From contig JBKAGP010000001.1 of assembly GCA_046290465.1 (NCBI GenBank), positions 2,368,001 through 2,432,000 of the forward strand: a DNA stretch of 64,000 nt, in the 5' to 3' direction. The notes below the pieces were generated by a model. It ran no database searches. It had not been told where the DNA came from and was given only the letters and a program-made list of their open reading frames with translations. Positions 9,372 to 18,293 of the stretch are shown here, one piece after another; within the stretch, counting starts at the first letter, position 1, and the number at the start of each line of letters is the position of its first letter. Made by a program: the position numbers and the translations under genes. Source of the DNA: Planctomycetota bacterium. GTDB lineage: Bacteria > Planctomycetota > UBA1135 > UBA2386.

Positions 9372-10037
9372 ATGCTGACCAAGAAGCCATGGCGACTGGG
9401 CACCCGGGCGAAGCTGCTGATGCGCGGGCTGCGCTACTCGTGCATCCTGCCGTATGCGTCGATCGACGGCTGGCTGACCGTCGACGAGGCGATCGCGCTG
9501 TTCGAGCTGGCGCGCGAGCTGCCCGACGAGGCGCCGCGCGCGGTCGAGATCGGCAGCTGGCAGGGCAAGAGCACGGTCTGCATCGCCAACGGCCTGCGCG
9601 GCAAGCCCGGCGCGCAGCTGACCTGCATCGATCCGTTCGACGCGTCGGGCGACGCCGAGAGCGAGCACGACTACCAGGACCGCGCCGGTCGCGCCGGCGG
9701 GCCGCTGCGCCAGGCGTTCGAACACAACCTGCTGCACGCGCAGGTGCGCGACCTCGTCGACGTGCGCCAGGGCTTCAGCCACGACTTCAAGGACGAGCTC
9801 GACGAGTCGATCGACCTGCTGTTCCTCGACGGCGACCACAGCTACGCGGCGGTGCTGCAGGACTTCGAGGACTGGGCGCAGAAGATCAAGCCGGGCGGCC
9901 TGCTGGCGATGCACGACGTCGTGCATCCGGTGCACGAAGGCCCGCGCCAGGTCGTCGACGAGCGTATCGCCAGCGACCCGCAGTGGGTCGACCAGCGCTA
10001 CGTGGACAGCCTGTTCGTCGCCCGCCGCAAGGCGTAG
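9372..10037 (+). CDS. Class I SAM-dependent methyltransferase (Methyltransf_24-like)
   Basis: VEIGSWQGKST, CIDPF, IDLLFLDGDHSY..V..D, IKPGG..AMHD. Confidence 0.88.
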   Translation: MLTKKPWRLGTRAKLLMRGLRYSCILPYASIDGWLTVDEAIALFELARELPDEAPRAVEIGSWQGKSTVCIANGLRGKPGAQLTCIDPFDASGDAESEHDYQDRAGRAGGPLRQAFEHNLLHAQVRDLVDVRQGFSHDFKDELDESIDLLFLDGDHSYAAVLQDFEDWAQKIKPGGLLAMHDVVHPVHEGPRQVVDERIASDPQWVDQRYVDSLFVARRKA

Positions 10038-10071
10038 CGCGAAGCCGCGCGCGATCGGGTACACCGGTGGC

Positions 10072-11712
10072 ATGGCCGCCGAAGCGCTGCTCGACGAACT
10101 GAAGGACCCCACCTGCTACGGCGAGGGCGTGCGCGCCGTGCAGATCGTGCAGACCCACCTGTCGGTCGTCTGCCTGGCCGACGAGCTGGTGTTCAAGCTC
10201 AAGAAGGCGACCACGCTGCCGTTCGTCGACTTCGCGCCGCTCGCCAACCGGCGCCAGGCCTGTCGCGACGAGGTCCGCCTCAACCGCCGGCTGTGCCCCG
10301 ACGTCTACCTCGGCACCGCCGCGCTGCGCCGCGTCGACGGCGCGCTGCGGTTCATGGCCATCGGCGACGACGACGACCCTCAGGACCTCGACGTCGCCGT
10401 CGTGATGCGGCGGCTGCCGCAGGATCGCATGCTCGACGAACTGGTCGGACGCGGCGACGTCGATCCCGACCAGCTGCGCGAACTCGCCGACGTCGTGGCC
10501 CGCTTCCACCAACGCGCCGAACGCGGCCCCGAGGTCGCAAAGCTCGGCGATCCCGAACGGCTCGCCGGCTTCGCCCGCGACAACTTCGACGAGCTGGCGG
10601 ACGTGCAGGGGGCCGACCTGCACGGTCCCCTGCTGGCCGCGACGCGCCGCGCCAGCGAGGCGGCGTTCGCGGCCCGTCTGCCGCTGCTGCGCGCACGCGC
10701 CGGCCGCGGCTGCGTCGTCGACGGGCACGGCGACCTGCACGCGCGCAACGTCTGCATGACGACGCCGCCGACCATCTACGACTGCATCGAGTTCGAGCCC
10801 GCGTTCCGCTGCGGCGACGTCGCGACCGAGGTGGCGTTCCTGGTGATGGACCTGCGCTACCGCGGTGCCGACCAGCTGGCGCGCACCTTCGTGCGCAGCT
10901 ACGTGGCGGCCAGCGGCGACGACGAACTGGCGACGCTGCTGCCGCTGCTGTGCAGCTACCGCGCGATGGTCCGCGGCAAGGTCGCCGCGTTCGCCGCCGC
11001 CGAGCCCGAGCTGCCGGCCGACGAACGCAGCGGCGCGCGTCGCTCGACGCACCGCCACCTGCAGCTGGCGGCCGGCTGCCTGCTCGAGGCCGGACCGCCG
11101 CGCTGGATCGTGGTCTGCGGCCCGCCCGCCAGCGGCAAGAGCGTGCTGGCACGGGGCCTCGCCGATGCCTGCCAATGGCCGCACGTGGCCACCGACGTCG
11201 AACGCAAGCGGCTCGCGGGCCTGCAGCCGACCGAGCGCGCTGCGGCTGAGCACTACACCGCGGCGTTCTCGCAGCGCACCTACGAACGGGTGTTCGCGAC
11301 CGCGGCGGAGGCCCTGTCGGGGGAGAGCCTGTCGAGGGAGAGTTTGTCGGCGGAGCATCGCGCGGTGCTGCTCGACGGCAACTTCGCGACCCGCGCGCAA
11401 CGCCGAGAGGCCGCGGCAGCCGCCCGCCGCTGCGGAGCGGAGCTGACCTTCGTGCACGTGCAGGTCGACGTCGCGACCGCCGTCGAACGTGCCGGGCAGC
11501 GCGCCGAGGCGGGCACCGACAGCAGCGACGCCGGCGCCGAGGTCACGCGGCAGCGGCACGCAAGCTTCGAGCCACCCGGCGACGACGAGGGCACGGTGGT
11601 GCGCGTCGACGGCTCGCGCCGTCCCGAACGACTCGCCGACGACGCGCTGGCAGCGCTGCTCGACGCGGCCTATGCGGACAGCGGCGCCGACGAGCGCAGC
11701 GCCCGCAGCTGA
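10072..11712 (+). CDS. Bifunctional aminoglycoside-phosphotransferase-like kinase / AAA_33 P-loop protein (Rv2004c-like)
   Basis: QTHLS.V, KLKK, DF..L..R...C..E.RLNRRL, DGHGDLH..N, DCIEF...FR..DV; C-terminal P-loop GPPASGKS, D..RK.L, SDA. Confidence 0.88.
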   Translation: MAAEALLDELKDPTCYGEGVRAVQIVQTHLSVVCLADELVFKLKKATTLPFVDFAPLANRRQACRDEVRLNRRLCPDVYLGTAALRRVDGALRFMAIGDDDDPQDLDVAVVMRRLPQDRMLDELVGRGDVDPDQLRELADVVARFHQRAERGPEVAKLGDPERLAGFARDNFDELADVQGADLHGPLLAATRRASEAAFAARLPLLRARAGRGCVVDGHGDLHARNVCMTTPPTIYDCIEFEPAFRCGDVATEVAFLVMDLRYRGADQLARTFVRSYVAASGDDELATLLPLLCSYRAMVRGKVAAFAAAEPELPADERSGARRSTHRHLQLAAGCLLEAGPPRWIVVCGPPASGKSVLARGLADACQWPHVATDVERKRLAGLQPTERAAAEHYTAAFSQRTYERVFATAAEALSGESLSRESLSAEHRAVLLDGNFATRAQRREAAAAARRCGAELTFVHVQVDVATAVERAGQRAEAGTDSSDAGAEVTRQRHASFEPPGDDEGTVVRVDGSRRPERLADDALAALLDAAYADSGADERSARS

Positions 11713-12581
11713 CGGACGAACAGCCGCAAGCGGCGATCGAGCAGCAGCGTCGCCAGCATGCCGAGCCGCAGCCAGACGCTGGCGGCCTCGCCGGCGGCCA
11801 GCAGCCGCCGCGCCAGCGCCACGCGCCACGCCGCGAACAGCCGCGGATGGTTGGCCTGGATCGCCGCGAACCGCTGGATCGCGCGGTCGTCGGAGTGCGC
11901 CAGCATCGTCTCGCCGTGCTTGCGGTACCAGAACAGCGGTTCGGGGCAGTGCACGAACGTCGCACCGCGCTCGAGCGCGCCGAGCCAGAAGTCCCAGTCC
12001 TCGTAGCCGAGCGCGATGGGCCGGTAGCCGCCGATCGCGTCGAACAGCTCGCGGCGGTAGAGGCTCGCGTAGACGAGGCAGTTGTTGGCGACCAGCCGGC
12101 GGCGGGTCACCGGCAGCGTCACCAGCGGTGCGTCGGCGTCGCCGAACGTGCGGCCGTTCGGCGTGGCGACGTCGGCGCCGCTGCGCCGGAGCGCCGCCAT
12201 CAGCACCTCGACCGTGTCCGGCGCGAGCTTGTCGTCGGCGTCGAGCGGCAGCACGAACGGGCTGTCGGTGGCGCGCACGCCGGCGTTGCGCGCCGCGGCC
12301 AGGCCCTGGTTCGGCTGCGACAGCAGCTCGATGCGGCGGCCTGGGTTCGCCGCGATCAAGCGCCGGGCGATCGCGGCGGTGTCGTCCGGGCTGCCGTCGT
12401 CGACGATCACGATGCGCAGGTTCGGCCAGGTCTGCGCGGCCGCGCTACCGACCGCGTCGGCCAGCGTGCTGGCGTAGCGGTAGCACGGGATGACGATCGC
12501 CACCTCCGGAACGTCCTGCGGCTGCGCTAGCGGCGAACCCGACACCTCGATGTCATCGGCTGATTCGGCCCCCGACCTCAA
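11670..12581 (-). CDS. Glycosyltransferase family 2 (start uncertain, 12546-12581)
   Basis: IVIPCY, IVIVDDGSPD, NQGLAAARNAG, LDADD, YEDWDFW. Confidence 0.9.
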   Translation of the reverse strand: MRSGAESADDIEVSGSPLAQPQDVPEVAIVIPCYRYASTLADAVGSAAAQTWPNLRIVIVDDGSPDDTAAIARRLIAANPGRRIELLSQPNQGLAAARNAGVRATDSPFVLPLDADDKLAPDTVEVLMAALRRSGADVATPNGRTFGDADAPLVTLPVTRRRLVANNCLVYASLYRRELFDAIGGYRPIALGYEDWDFWLGALERGATFVHCPEPLFWYRKHGETMLAHSDDRAIQRFAAIQANHPRLFAAWRVALARRLLAAGEAASVWLRLGMLATLLLDRRLRLFVRQLRALRSSAPLSA

Positions 12582-12582
12582 G

Positions 12583-12588
12583 TAGGCT
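12583..12588 (+). promoter_or_regulatory. Putative -10 element (TAGGCT) of a leaderless transcript
   Basis: TAGGCT 7 nt before GTG 12596; no SD sequence. Confidence 0.5.
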
Positions 12589-12595
12589 CGGCGCC

Positions 12596-13729
12596 GTGCC
12601 GGCCTCGCCGATCCTGTTCCTGAGCCACGTCGCCGAGCTCGGCGGCGCCGAGAACGTGCTGCTGGACCTGCTGGCGGCGCTCGACCGCGACCGCTTCGCC
12701 CCGCACCTCGGGGTGCCCGGCGACGGCCCGCTGGCGCAGCGCGCCGCCGCGCTCGGCTGCGGCGTGCACGAACTGCCGCTGGCCGCGCGTTCGCCGTGGG
12801 CCAAGGCGCTGCGGGCGCTGCGGGCCCGCGGCGCGATCCGGCGCCTCGGCGACGGGCTCGGCTGCCGGCTGCTGGTCGCCAACTCGATGATCGCCGGCTA
12901 CGCCGCCGTGCGGGCCCGGCGCCCGGACCTGCCGTGCGTCTGGCACCTGCACATCGTCACCGACAACCTGGTCGCGCGCAGCGCCCTGCGGCGCGCCGAC
13001 GTCGTGATCGCCCCGTCCCGGATCGCGCTGACGCAGGCGCGGGTCGCGGCCGGCGAGGTGATCCCCAACGGTGTGCCCGACCGCTACTTCGCCGCGAACG
13101 GCTCCGGCCTGCGCGCCGAGCTGGGCGTGCCCGAAGGGGCTCCGCTGCTCGGCATCGTCGGCCGCCTCGACCCGCGCAAGGGCCACGAGGTGCTGCTGCG
13201 CGCGATGGCCGACTGGCCCGACCAGCCGCAGCCGCACCTGGTCGTGGCCGGCGGCGAACTGTTCGCCAGCAGCCAAGCGCGGCTGGTCGGCGTCGGCCAG
13301 CGGCTGCGCGCGCTCGCCGACCAGTTCGGCGTCGCAGCGCGCGTGCACTGGCTCGGGGACGTCGACGACACCGCCGGCCTGCTGGCGCAGCTCGACGTGC
13401 TGGCGGTGCCGAGCACCGGCCTGGAGTCGGCGCCGCGCACGATCGCCGAGGCGCAGGCGGCCGGCTGCCCGGTCGTCGCGAGCGACGTCGGCGGCGTCCC
13501 GGAGATGCTCGAGAACGGTGCCGCCGGGCGGCTGGTCCCGCCGGGCGATCCCGGAGCCCTGCAGAAGGCGCTCCGGCACGTCGTGCACGATGAGGGCTGG
13601 CGCGCTCAGGCCGTTGGCGAGGCGAGGCGGCGCGCCGAGCAGAACTACCGGCCGGACGCGTTCGCCCGGCGCTGCGAGGCGGTCTTCGGCCGCCTCGTCG
13701 ATGCCGCTATTGGGCGATCGCGTTCTTGA
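12596..13729 (+). CDS. Glycosyltransferase family 4
   Basis: GGAE, IPNGV, IVGRLDPRKGH, ESAPRTIAEAQAAGCPVVASDVGG.PE. Confidence 0.92.
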   Translation: MPASPILFLSHVAELGGAENVLLDLLAALDRDRFAPHLGVPGDGPLAQRAAALGCGVHELPLAARSPWAKALRALRARGAIRRLGDGLGCRLLVANSMIAGYAAVRARRPDLPCVWHLHIVTDNLVARSALRRADVVIAPSRIALTQARVAAGEVIPNGVPDRYFAANGSGLRAELGVPEGAPLLGIVGRLDPRKGHEVLLRAMADWPDQPQPHLVVAGGELFASSQARLVGVGQRLRALADQFGVAARVHWLGDVDDTAGLLAQLDVLAVPSTGLESAPRTIAEAQAAGCPVVASDVGGVPEMLENGAAGRLVPPGDPGALQKALRHVVHDEGWRAQAVGEARRRAEQNYRPDAFARRCEAVFGRLVDAAIGRSRS

Positions 13730-14258
13730 TGACGTTGCTCTTGGCGACCGGCTTGTTACGCGGCTTACGCTGCGCCAGCAGCTCGCGCATCAGCGTGTCC
13801 TCGAGCTCCTTGTCGGCCTCCTGCTTGCCCTGCGACAGCGTGGCCTCCAGGTCCTTGGCGGCCGCCGTCGTCGGGCAGGTCATGCGCTGGGCCTGGGCGG
13901 CGGCGTCGTAGTAGCGGGCGCCGGCCTGGACCGCGACGAGGCGGACGCCGTCGTGGGTCGTGACCATCGCGCCTTCCGGGACCTCCATCCAGTCCCCGCG
14001 CGCGATCACGTTCTCGCGCTCGGACCAGCGGTCGCGGCTCTGCGGATCGATCGGGCGAGCGTCGTCCAGCAGGTAGGTCGGGGTGACATCGTAGTGCTTG
14101 CAGAGCGCCAGCAGCATCGGCAGCGTCGGCTGCGAACGGCCTTGCTCGAGGTGCGACATGGTCGCAGGGCGCACGCCGAGGGTCTTGGCGGTCACGCCCT
14201 GGGCTTCGCGCTTGATGCGGGTACGGAGATAGAACAGCTTGAGATGCAGGCGCCGCAT
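13707..14258 (-). CDS. XRE-family helix-turn-helix regulator with uncharacterised C-terminal domain
   Basis: A..LGV...TMSHLEQGRSQPTL..L..LC..Y.VT..YLL (HTH_3 signature). Confidence 0.82.
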   Translation of the reverse strand: MRRLHLKLFYLRTRIKREAQGVTAKTLGVRPATMSHLEQGRSQPTLPMLLALCKHYDVTPTYLLDDARPIDPQSRDRWSERENVIARGDWMEVPEGAMVTTHDGVRLVAVQAGARYYDAAAQAQRMTCPTTAAAKDLEATLSQGKQEADKELEDTLMRELLAQRKPRNKPVAKSNVIKNAIAQ

Positions 14259-14505
14259 GGAGGGAGGGAGAGGTTTCCTGGTGAAAGAGCGACCGTGCGC
14301 GCCATACCGCCGGAGGGCATCGCGTTCACGATCTGCGAAAGTCTAGCACCTTGGCGAGGCAGGCGACTTTCGGTGCAAGTGTGTAGAGTCTCAGGGCGAT
14401 TCTGCCGAGGCGGAGGCAGGCCATGCCATTGGACGACCAGGCCCCGCGATTCTGTTCGGTGGCAGATCAACTCCGCCAGACCGAAGCAGACTCGGCACGT
14501 GACCT

Positions 14506-15234
14506 ATGCCGGATAACCCAGAAGTAACCCTGGCTCCAGATGGATGTGGCACAGATCTCCAGATAGCCGAGCAGTTCGGCGTGGAGCTGGCAACCGCCCA
14601 GGATCCTAGCAGTTGGCAACTTTTGCGCTCTAACGGAACCATGGTGCTGCGGGCCCCTCGGCAGCAGGGCGGCTACGAGGTCCGGGTCGATGTCTCCGAA
14701 GGCCCCATGGCAAGGCGGATTCGCACGGCACGCCGTACGGATCCATTGCCGCGGGCCATAGGCATGCACCGGCGCAGGGTCGAGCGGGTCGTCGATGCCA
14801 CCGCAGGTCTCGGACGCGATGCGCTGGTGCTCGCCCATTTGGGCTGCACCGTAACCGCGATCGAGCGCGTGCCGGCGCTATGCGTTTTGTTGCAGAATGC
14901 GGTCGAAGAAAGTGAGGCCGACGTCGAGGTCGTGCGCGCCGAGGCGACCCCGTGGCTGCGCGAACGCGCCGGCTCACAGGACGCCCCCGACGTCGTCTAC
15001 CTCGACCCGATGTTCGCCGAGAACGGCAAGGCGCAGGTCAAGAAGGAGATGCAGGCGTGCCGGGCGCTCGCCGGAGCGCCGCACGACGCCGAGGAGCTGC
15101 TCGCGGCCGCCCGCGCGGCGGCCCGGGAGCGGGTCGTCGTCAAGCGCCACCCCCACCACCGCCCGCTGGCCGACGACGTGTCGTTCGAGGTCGGCGGCGA
15201 CCGGGTCCGCTTCGACGTCTACCTGACCGCCTGA
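14506..15234 (+). CDS. rsmJ: 16S rRNA m2G1516 methyltransferase RsmJ-like
   Basis: VVDATAGLGRDA.VLA.LGC.V..IER, PDVVYLDPMF, VKKEMQ, RVVVKR, RFDVY. Confidence 0.85.
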   Translation: MPDNPEVTLAPDGCGTDLQIAEQFGVELATAQDPSSWQLLRSNGTMVLRAPRQQGGYEVRVDVSEGPMARRIRTARRTDPLPRAIGMHRRRVERVVDATAGLGRDALVLAHLGCTVTAIERVPALCVLLQNAVEESEADVEVVRAEATPWLRERAGSQDAPDVVYLDPMFAENGKAQVKKEMQACRALAGAPHDAEELLAAARAAARERVVVKRHPHHRPLADDVSFEVGGDRVRFDVYLTA

Positions 15235-16034
15235 GCGCCCGGACCGCCGTCGGCGGCGAACGCGACCGCGGTGAACTCGCCGACCGTGGTGCGATCGACC
15301 TCGGGCCGGCCGACCCTCTCGACCAGGCCATCGACCTCGTGGCCACGCATGCCGCTGAGCACCAGCGGGGCGGGCCCGTGCCAGAGGTCGAGGATCGCCG
15401 CCAGCGACGCGCCGAGCTCCGTGCCGGTCATGTTGGCGACGACCTGTTCGCAGCCGGCGAGCCGCTCGGGACCGCCGTGCTCGACGCGCGCTGTCGGCAG
15501 CAGCTCGCGGGCGGCCAGCACCGACGGACCGTCGATGTCACAGGCCTCGAGGCGCGCGACGCCGCGCTGCTGCGCGTAGAGCGCCAGCACGCCCGAACCG
15601 CAGCCGACGTCGGCCAGGCTCGCCGGCCCCCGCCAGGTCCGGTGCAGCAGCAGCAGCGCCGCCTGGGTGCTGCCGTGTTCGCCGCTGCCGAAGGCACCGC
15701 CGCGCGGCACGACCAGCTCGACCCCGGAGAACCCCGCCGGACGCTCGACCCACGGCGGCCGCACCAACAGGTCGTCGGCGACCGCGATCGCGGTGTCCCG
15801 CTCCAGGCCGGTGATCGTGAAGTGCTCGTCGGCGACGGCCCGCTCCTCGAGCTCGACGGCGAGGCCGGCCGGCAGCGCCGGCATCCGGCCGACCAGCCAG
15901 ACCACGTGCGCGTCGTGCTCCTCGAGCGTGCCCTGTACATCGGCGTGCACGTGCAGGAAGGCCAGCGCGTCGTCGCGATCGGCGCCGCGCAGCGCGAACG
16001 CCCGCCAGCCGGCGGCGCCCGCCGGACCGCTCAC
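15219..16034 (-). CDS. prmA: Ribosomal protein L11 methyltransferase PrmA-like
   Basis: VRPPW, AFGSGEHGST, ADVGCGSGVLA, CDID, VANM, LVLSG; GTG start overlaps the coaC stop. Confidence 0.75.
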   Translation of the reverse strand: MSGPAGAAGWRAFALRGADRDDALAFLHVHADVQGTLEEHDAHVVWLVGRMPALPAGLAVELEERAVADEHFTITGLERDTAIAVADDLLVRPPWVERPAGFSGVELVVPRGGAFGSGEHGSTQAALLLLHRTWRGPASLADVGCGSGVLALYAQQRGVARLEACDIDGPSVLAARELLPTARVEHGGPERLAGCEQVVANMTGTELGASLAAILDLWHGPAPLVLSGMRGHEVDGLVERVGRPEVDRTTVGEFTAVAFAADGGPGAQAVR

Positions 16035-16567
16035 GACAGCCCCAGGATCGCGCCGAGGCGGGCCAGGATCTGGTCGGGTTCGACCATGCGACCGATCGCG
16101 TCGTAGCCCTCGGCGAGGTGGCCCTCGACCGGGCCGAGCGTCTCGATGCCGCGCTGGCGCAGCAACGCGACGTTCTGCTGCACGGCGGCCTGCTGCCACA
16201 TCGCGTCGTTCATCGCCGGGCAGACCACGATCGGGCAGCGCATCGTCGTGGCCAGCAGCGCAACCGGATCGTCGGCGGCGCCGCTGGCGAGCTGGGCCAG
16301 GATGCCGGCGGTCGCCGGCGCGATGCAGTAGACCCCGGCGTCGCGGGCGGCCTCGATGTGCGGCACGGTGCCGTCGGCGTCGACCTGGGTCGACGACAGG
16401 ATCGGCTGGCTGTTGGTCAGGCCCCCGAACGTCGACGGACCGACGAAGGCCAGCGACGACGGCGTCATCGCGACGCGCACGTCGACGCCGCGCTGCACCA
16501 GCCGGCTGGCGACGAACGCGACCTTGTAGGCCGCGATGCCGCCACCGACGCCCAACACGGCCTTCAC
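16031..16567 (-). CDS. coaC: Phosphopantothenoylcysteine decarboxylase (stand-alone CoaC flavoprotein)
   Basis: LGVGGGIAAYK, PHI, IAPATA, G.ADD, PAMN..MW, G.LA.G..AIGRM.EP; 178 aa, no CoaB domain. Confidence 0.85.
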   Translation of the reverse strand: MKAVLGVGGGIAAYKVAFVASRLVQRGVDVRVAMTPSSLAFVGPSTFGGLTNSQPILSSTQVDADGTVPHIEAARDAGVYCIAPATAGILAQLASGAADDPVALLATTMRCPIVVCPAMNDAMWQQAAVQQNVALLRQRGIETLGPVEGHLAEGYDAIGRMVEPDQILARLGAILGLS

Positions 16568-17151
16568 GGCCACAAGAGCCCCTTGACGCGATCGATGGTC
16601 GCGTCGAGGTCGGCGTTCTCGACGAAGCAGTCGTAGAGCGGCACGCCGTCGACCTGCTCGCGGGCCGCCGCGATCTCCTGCTCGGCGATCGCGACGCGCT
16701 GCGCGATCTCCTCGGCGTCGTTGGTGCCGCGGCGCTCGAGGCGCTGGCGCAGCTCGTCGATGCTCGGCGGCTCGATGAACAGGTAGAGGCCCGCGACGCC
16801 GCTCTGTCGCAGCTGCCGGGTGCCGTCGACCTCGATCTCGACGAGGAACGTCTTGCCGCGCTGCAGCGCGTCGTCCATCGGCCAGCGCGGCGTGCCGTAG
16901 AGGTTGCCGTTGTACTCGGCGTATTCGAGGAACTGGTCCTCTGCCAGCCGCTGCTCGAACACCTCGCGGGTCAGGAAGTGGTAGTCGATCCCGTCCTGCT
17001 CGCCGTCGCGCATCTGGCGCGTGGTCGCGCTGACCGAGAACTCGACCTGCGGGTCCTCCTTCAGCGCGCGACACACCGACGTCTTGCCGGCGCCCGACGG
17101 CCCGGAGATCACGACCAGCTTGCCCTGCTTCTCGCTCATCGACTTCGTCAC
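16564..17151 (-). CDS. gmk: Guanylate kinase
   Basis: VISGPSGAGKT, SVSATTR..R.GE.DG.DYHF, FLEYA...GNLYGT, FI.PPS..EL..RL..RGT. Confidence 0.95.
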   Translation of the reverse strand: MTKSMSEKQGKLVVISGPSGAGKTSVCRALKEDPQVEFSVSATTRQMRDGEQDGIDYHFLTREVFEQRLAEDQFLEYAEYNGNLYGTPRWPMDDALQRGKTFLVEIEVDGTRQLRQSGVAGLYLFIEPPSIDELRQRLERRGTNDAEEIAQRVAIAEQEIAAAREQVDGVPLYDCFVENADLDATIDRVKGLLWP

Positions 17152-18023
17152 TCGAGGTTCGCCACCTGCTCCTTGATCGTGGCGATGCAGCCCTTCATCG
17201 CAACCACGGTGTGCGCGGTCTCGGTGTCGGGCGACTTCGACCCGAGCGTGTTGGTCTCGCGCAGCAGCTCCTGCATCAGGAAGTCGAGGCGGCGGCCGAC
17301 CTCACCAGCCGCGGCGAGCACGTTGCGCACCTCCTGCTGGTGCGCGCGCAGCCGCTGCAGCTCTTCGGCGACGTCGACCTTGTCAGCGAACACCGCCACC
17401 TCGCGCACCAGATCGGCCGCCGGCGGCGGCTCCGGCACGTTGGCGGCGACGAAGTCCTGCACGCGCTGCAGCAGCCGTTGGCGGTAGTCGTCGACGATGC
17501 CGGGCGCGCGCTCGGCGGCGAGGCCGGTCAGCCGCTCGAGCTCGGTCAGCTGCGCGCCGATCGCCTCCCCGGTGCCGGCGCCGTCGGCGCGGCGGTGCTG
17601 CAGCAGCGCCTCGATCGCCTCGTCGAACAGCCCGGCGAGCTGCGCCGGCAGCGGCCGCGACGTCGCCGCCTCGTTGCGGCCGTTGCTGGCGGCCGCCTGC
17701 ACGACCTCGGCGAGGGTCGGCTTGTCGAGGCCCAGCTCGTCGGCCAGCTGCACCATCTCGGCGGCGGTGCTGCGCAGCAGTTCGGGGTCGGGCAGCGTCG
17801 CCGCGGCGGCGGTGCGCTCGACGACGACCAGCACCGAGCCGCGCGTGATCCGGGCGCGCACGCGCTCCTCGATCGCCGCCTCGTAGCCGCTGCAGGCCGA
17901 CGACAGGCGGAGCTTGAGGTTGAGCCCGCGGCCGTTGACCGAACGCACCTCGACCCGGACGGGGCCGATCTCCGAGTCACCGGCGGCGAAGCCGGCGCCC
18001 GTCATGCTCGCGATCGCGGCCAC
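17148..18023 (-). CDS. yicC: YicC/YloC family endoribonuclease
   Basis: SMTG.G, EVRSVN.R.L, RG.V, D..EEL.RL..H, GRRLDFL.QE..RE.NT.GSK, IKEQV.NLE. Confidence 0.92.
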   Translation of the reverse strand: MAAIASMTGAGFAAGDSEIGPVRVEVRSVNGRGLNLKLRLSSACSGYEAAIEERVRARITRGSVLVVVERTAAAATLPDPELLRSTAAEMVQLADELGLDKPTLAEVVQAAASNGRNEAATSRPLPAQLAGLFDEAIEALLQHRRADGAGTGEAIGAQLTELERLTGLAAERAPGIVDDYRQRLLQRVQDFVAANVPEPPPAADLVREVAVFADKVDVAEELQRLRAHQQEVRNVLAAAGEVGRRLDFLMQELLRETNTLGSKSPDTETAHTVVAMKGCIATIKEQVANLE

Positions 18024-18037
18024 CGGGCAGGGCCGGA

Positions 18038-18268
18038 TCAGACGTTCCAGGTGGCGCTGATCAGGATCGCCGAGCCGCAGAAGACACCGGCGAGCAGGAA
18101 CGTGAAGCGGCTGATGCCGCCGCTCTTGACGCCGAACGTCTCCGCGCCCGTGCCGCCGAAGGCTTCGGCGAGGCCGCCGCCCTTCGACTCCTGCAGGAGC
18201 ACGACGGTCGTCATCAGGACGGCCGACAGGAAGAAGAGGATCCAGGCGAAGTAGTGGAGGAAGACCAT
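18038..18268 (-). CDS. secG: Preprotein translocase subunit SecG
   Basis: Two TMs flanking VLLQESKGGGL..AFGG; directly downstream of tpiA. Confidence 0.9.
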   Translation of the reverse strand: MVFLHYFAWILFFLSAVLMTTVVLLQESKGGGLAEAFGGTGAETFGVKSGGISRFTFLLAGVFCGSAILISATWNV

Positions 18269-18293
18269 GGGAGGCTGGTGCAGGCCGAAGGGC

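Noticed and set aside
4315..9390. 1691-aa ORF as one giant protein
   Set aside because: Only 4315-6231 is protein-like (signal peptide at ATG 6231); the rest is antisense to the KpsS-like and flippase genes.
18024..18037. tRNA-Leu often found after secG
   Set aside because: Only 14 nt separate secG and yicC; no tRNA fold was seen here or elsewhere in the window.
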